From: the human T2T-CHM13v2.0 reference genome, Homo sapiens
Length of the DNA: 64,000 nucleotides
NCBI GenBank assembly: GCA_009914755.4
Contig: CP086569.2
Location: forward strand, 24,864,001-24,928,000
Direction: 5' to 3'
Shown here: one piece after another, positions 59,857 to 64,000 of the stretch
Layout of the letters: each line of letters starts with the position of its first letter
Position numbering within the stretch: the first letter of the stretch is position 1
Notes under the pieces: generated by a model
Told to the model about the DNA's origin: nothing
Seen by the model: only the letters and a program-made list of their open reading frames with translations
Database searches by the model: none
Made by a program: the position numbers and the translations under genes

Positions 59857-61737
59857 GATCTTGAGTATAAACATTACCAAAATTTAGGTGTTCCATGTTT
59901 ACTTATTTGGAGGTGTATCCTAAATAGGTGATCACCACTGTAACCTAATTTTTTACTGCTTTATGTTCAAATTAAACTTTTCATAGGCAGTGTTATGATA
60001 ATTCTTAACTAATATTTTTTACAAAATCAGGGAGCATAATTTGAAGAACACATTTGATTCTTTAGCAGAAAAAGCTCTAATTTCATAAAAACATATTAGA
60101 GAATTTTAAAAATAAGCACAGCTTATGAAACACAGACAATATAAATATAACAGTCATAGTTTCTCAGCGATTTTAGCCACATTATAAAAATGTACTTACC
60201 ACAAATTCTTTTAAAGAACAATAATTGCAGAGAGAAAAACCGTAGCTGCTATCAGAATCTTCAAACTATTAGTAATTAATAATTAGAATTTACCTCACTG
60301 TTCTGCTTCTCATCTTCAAACAATCATTATCTATATTTTTACCTATGCATTCAATTGCAAGAATACTGTTTTCAGTGTGGGGGGAAACACATACACACAC
60401 GTATGTATATCTATAACATATATATAGATATATATGGCTGCTGGATCACAGCATTCATATGATAAGTAGCACCAGCATTTTTGAGTCCCGCAAATATTTC
60501 TGGCAGGTGAGATCTAACAGAGAGCAGATATTCCCACTCAAAAAGTGCTTCACAACCTGAGATCAGAAGAAAAAACAATGCTTGTACTATGAAAATCATA
60601 ATTCTGCCCACTCTTCTTTCCATCACGTGACAAATTAATATTGATGACAACTCATTTGTCATCACAGCCATTTTGAAAGAGTACTTTGAATTTTCATACT
60701 AACAATAAATCAAGTGACCATTACAGATTTTTAACTTCAGACCCCTTAGGTACATAGTTTAATGCCATCACATCTGTTTGTTTTTTTAAAAAAGGGTTTA
60801 TTTTAAAAACTGTCTTTTGAATATATATATACATATATAAACTATGTCAATTCAATTGTTAAATAAATTAACATACAAGGTGTTTTTAAGAGGGAAACTC
60901 TTCTCTTTACATAGATCTCACGAGACAAATAAAGATCTGACTTTTTAAGTGGTGAGTTTAGCTAGAAACTCCTACAATATGCTAGAAAATATACTCGCCC
61001 AGAGAAAAACGTAAACAAATAGAATTTCACATTCATCAATTAAAGATCTGTACAGAATGCTGTTGTTAACTGTATTATTAATCCTTGGTTTTCTCTTGAA
61101 ATAAGCTGAATTTTGTTATCATTTGCTCATTTACTTATATTAACTCACAGGCTGAGTTTCTGTTCTGTGTAAGATTTGAACATTGATACTTACTTTGTTG
61201 GACTTATGTGGACATTTAGAAGTAATAAAATTCACTCAAAAGTTTTCTTCTCACATTATGATTTTTAAAGCCATACCTCTCTTAGAATTTAACTAAAATA
61301 ACATTAAGTAACTTCGAGGTTTGGGTTATAAAAATCATTTTAATGCATACATTTTAAATATAAAATTTGGACCATTAAATTTGGCTTCTGGATACTCTGA
61401 GGTTTCAGTATTTTTTAACATGGGATTCAATAAAACCCACTTTGGTTACCAACACCAAGTATAGGGGAGCACTTAAGAAATACATATATTTTTTTAAATT
61501 TAATATTGTCTGACATAAACGGTTTTAAATATATACCTGATGGCTACAAAATGTTAAACTAGTTGATCAAAAGCAAACAAGCAAGAAAACTATGAGTTAA
61601 TTCCTTCTAAATAAAAAGTAGACTTTCAAAGTAAACTATTATTCCTGAAGAAAAACAGCTTTATAATGTAAAAATTCACTAGTTGTTGCTTTCTCTCTGT
61701 AATATATTGCATTCAAACAGTCTACTATCTTTTTAAG

Positions 61738-61906
61738 GTTCTTTACACAGCCAATAGCTGGTGCTACAAGCAGATCAAAACCAGGATTGATGGTAATGGA
61801 AGAGGAACAGACTGGAAGAGCTGGCTCTTCTGGCAGTTTTTTTATTTCTTAGACATTACAGTTAAACTTTTGATGCAGGGAAGACAACAACATCAATTAA
61901 TTCTTG
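61738..61906 (+). other. Weak candidate exon (+ strand): 169 nt, a single open frame (56 codons), strong splice-site-like flanks
   Basis: ctactatctttttaAG|GTTCTTTACACAGCCAATAGCTGG...CATCAATTAATTCTTG|GTAAGTtag. Frame 1 is open throughout (VLYTANSWCYKQIKTRIDGNGRGTDWKSWLFWQFFYFLDITVKLLMQGRQQHQLIL). It starts in phase 0 and ends in phase 1. The donor GTAAGT matches the consensus. Confidence 0.15.
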
Positions 61907-62349
61907 GTAAGTTAGAAAAATAAATCACAGGTTATTAGTAGAAAACATATGTTATGAAAAATATGTCTTTTCAAGAAAATACTTTTATGTTTATTTGACA
62001 TAATTAAAATCTCATTATATTTTGAAACAATTTTGAATTTTGTTCCAAAGAAAAATCATTTCAAAAAACCCAAGAACAGTCAATGCATGTAATTCATTTC
62101 CAAAATTAGATTATTGAAGAAATTTCTAAAACCTGAGAACTTTACCCAAAACAAAAATAGCATTCTAAATTAACCTACTTTTTAAATTACATATTAATGG
62201 AAATAAATTTATTTTCAATAATAATAAGGCATTAAAGTTACATTATTTTTCTTGAATTACGAAACATATAAAGAAAAACATCAAAAATATGATATAAAAA
62301 ATAAGTTTTTGCAAGATGAATGTTTTCTCAATTAGAAATTCAATCAAGG

Positions 62350-62625
62350 GACAGGTGTGGTGGCTCACATCTGTAATTCCAGCACTTTTGGAGGCCAAGG
62401 CAGGCAGCATACTTGAAGCCAAGAGCTTGAGACAGGCCTGGCCAATATGGTGAAACCCCATCAGGTGTAGCGGTGCTCACCTGTAATCTAAGCTAATCAA
62501 GAAGTTCAGGCAGAATAATCACTTGAAACCGGGAAGCAGGGGGTTGCAGTGTGCCAAGATTGCACTGCTGTACTCCAGCCAAAGAGACAGTGTGAGATTC
62601 CTTTATAAAAATAAAAGAAAATAAA
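62350..62625 (+). mobile_element. Alu SINE (diverged, with internal deletion)
   Basis: GGGACAGGTGTGGTGGCTCACATCTGTAATTCCAGCACTTTTGGAGGCCAAGGCAGGCAGCATACTTGAAGCCAAGAGCTTGAGACAGGCCTGGCCAATATGGTGAAACCCCATC...TGCACTGCTGTACTCCAGCCAAAGAGACAGTGTGAGATTCC. Confidence 0.85.
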
Positions 62626-62772
62626 TTAAATCAATTAAGAATTGAGATATATTACTTATTTACTTTTCAATGTAGTTTCTGGCAACTTCGAATTGCAATT
62701 ACAAAAATGTCTTAAATAAAGTGTGGCACACATTTCAAAGTTACTGTAACCTCACCTCTACAAAAAGAAAGC

Positions 62773-63575
62773 TTTTTTTTTATTTAATGTATTCAATTTC
62801 ATTTTATATTAAGTTCCAGGGTACATATGCAGGGCATACTGGTTTATTTCATAGGTAAACTTTTCCGTGATTGTTCACTGCAACTATTAACCCATCACCG
62901 AGGTTATTCAGCCCCACATAAATAAGCTATTTATTCTGAAGGTCTTTTTTTCTCTGCCTCTGGACAGACCAAGTCGAAAGCTGTTCTGTGTGTCTTTAAT
63001 GTTCAGTGTGAACGTTTAATGATTGTGAACATGGAGTGCTTGTTTTTTCGTTTCTCTGTTAGTTTTCTGAGGATGATGGTTTCCAGCTTCATCCATCTCC
63101 CTTCAGAGAACATGATTTCTTTCATTTTAGTGGCTGCATATTATTTCATGATGTATATGTGCCATGCTTTCTTTATCTAGTCTGTTACTGATGGGCATTT
63201 GAGTTAATTCAATGTATTTGCTATTGTGATTAGTGCTGTAATAAACATACACATCCATGTATACTTAAAATAGAATGACTTATTTTGAAGGGGAGCTATG
63301 TACCCAGTAATGAAATTGCTGAGTCCAGTGGTATTTCTGGTTCTAAATATCTGATGAATTACTACACACTTTTCCACAATGTCCATACTGATTTACACTC
63401 CTAACAACAGTGTAAAAGCATTGCTATGTCTGCACTAACCCACTACCATCTGTTGTTTCCTGGCTTTTTAGTAATCTCCATTTTGTCTGGCCTCAGATGA
63501 TATCTCATTGTGATTCTGGTTTGCATTTCCCTAACAATTAGTGATGCCGACCATTTTGAGTTAAATGTCTTCTGA
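62773..63575 (-). mobile_element. Older L1 (L1PB/L1MA-like) 3' ~0.8 kb, antisense
   Basis: T9 tail then ATTTAATGTATTCAATTTCATTTTATATTAAGTTCCAGGGTACATATGCAGG (rc of the L1 3' end). Followed by GTTAGTTTTCTGAGGATGATGGTTTCCAGCTTCATCCATCTCCCTTCAGAGAACATGATTTCTTTCATTTTAGTGGCTGCATATTATTTCATGATGTATATGTGCCATGCTTTCTTTATCTAGTCTGTTACTGATGGGCATTTGAGTT and TGCATTTCCCTAACAATTAGTGATGCCGACCATTTTGAG, which are classic antisense old-L1 ORF2 C-terminal/3'UTR blocks. Confidence 0.85.
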
Positions 63576-63782
63576 AATGAAAGACACATAACTCTTTTCT
63601 TACCCCAGTGTGGCCTCTTTATATCTGCTAATCAGCACTCATTTCCCGGTGTTTTAACACTACCCTGCAAAAGAAAAAGTATTATAGGCTCAACTTATTA
63701 GATAGAGAAAATGACAGGATATTAGAACAGCAGAAAGTTAGAGAAAAATGAGATCTCATATAAAATTTCCACAAGTTTTTTC

Positions 63783-63945
63783 TTTTTTTTTTTTGACAGA
63801 GTTTCTCTGTTTTCATGCAAACTGTAGTGCAATGGTGCAATCTTGGCTCACTGCAACCTCAGCCTCCCCGGATCAAGCAATTCTCCTGCCTCAGCCTCCT
63901 CAGTAGCTGAGATTACAGGTGTCAGCCACCACACCCAGCTAATTT
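63783..63945 (-). mobile_element. Partial Alu, antisense
   Basis: T14 then GACAGAGTTTCTCTGTTTTCATGCAAACTGTAGTGCAATGGTGCAATCTTGGCTCACTGCAACCTCAGCCTCCCCGGATCAAGCAATTCTCCTGCCTCAGCCTCCTCAGTAGCTGAGATTACAGGTGTCAGCCACCACACCCAGCTAATTTTTTC. Confidence 0.85.
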
Positions 63946-64000
63946 TTTCTATCATTGTCACATCAAATCTACAGCTAAGCATATGAAGAGATAATAAGTT

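Overview
This window is human (catarrhine primate) nuclear DNA, not a prokaryotic locus, and I find no evidence of a novel biological system in it. The evidence is many Alu SINEs, several LINE-1 copies that still carry recognisable ORF2 reverse-transcriptase sequence, A-tail-derived microsatellites, CpG depletion and low GC. There is no operon-like organisation, no CRISPR array and no rRNA/tRNA gene that I can support. By eye roughly half of the window is recognisable transposable element. The long ORFs in the six-frame track are either L1 ORF2 remnants (705, 378, 339, 274, 200, 162 aa) or translations of low-complexity tracts such as (TTCC)n and (GGAA)n. I find no convincing cellular protein-coding gene. 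There are only a few weak exon-like and promoter-like candidates. The most informative features are: (i) a 3.0-kb 5'-truncated L1HS (Ta-type) insertion with 19-bp target-site duplications at 38742-41775; (ii) an AluYa5 with intact CpGs and a 15-bp target-site duplication at 54851-55155; (iii) an L1PA copy with a textbook twin-priming 5' inversion and 14-bp target-site duplications at 15595-18279; (iv) an L1 whose ORF1 region is internally deleted (1-2081); (v) long polypurine and polypyrimidine mirror tracts in inverted orientation about 4 kb apart; (vi) several local low-copy duplications and CpG-retaining patches that I could not classify. All coordinates are hand-derived and should be read as about +/-5 bp. 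Repeat family and subfamily names come from my memory of consensus sequences, not from a database search.
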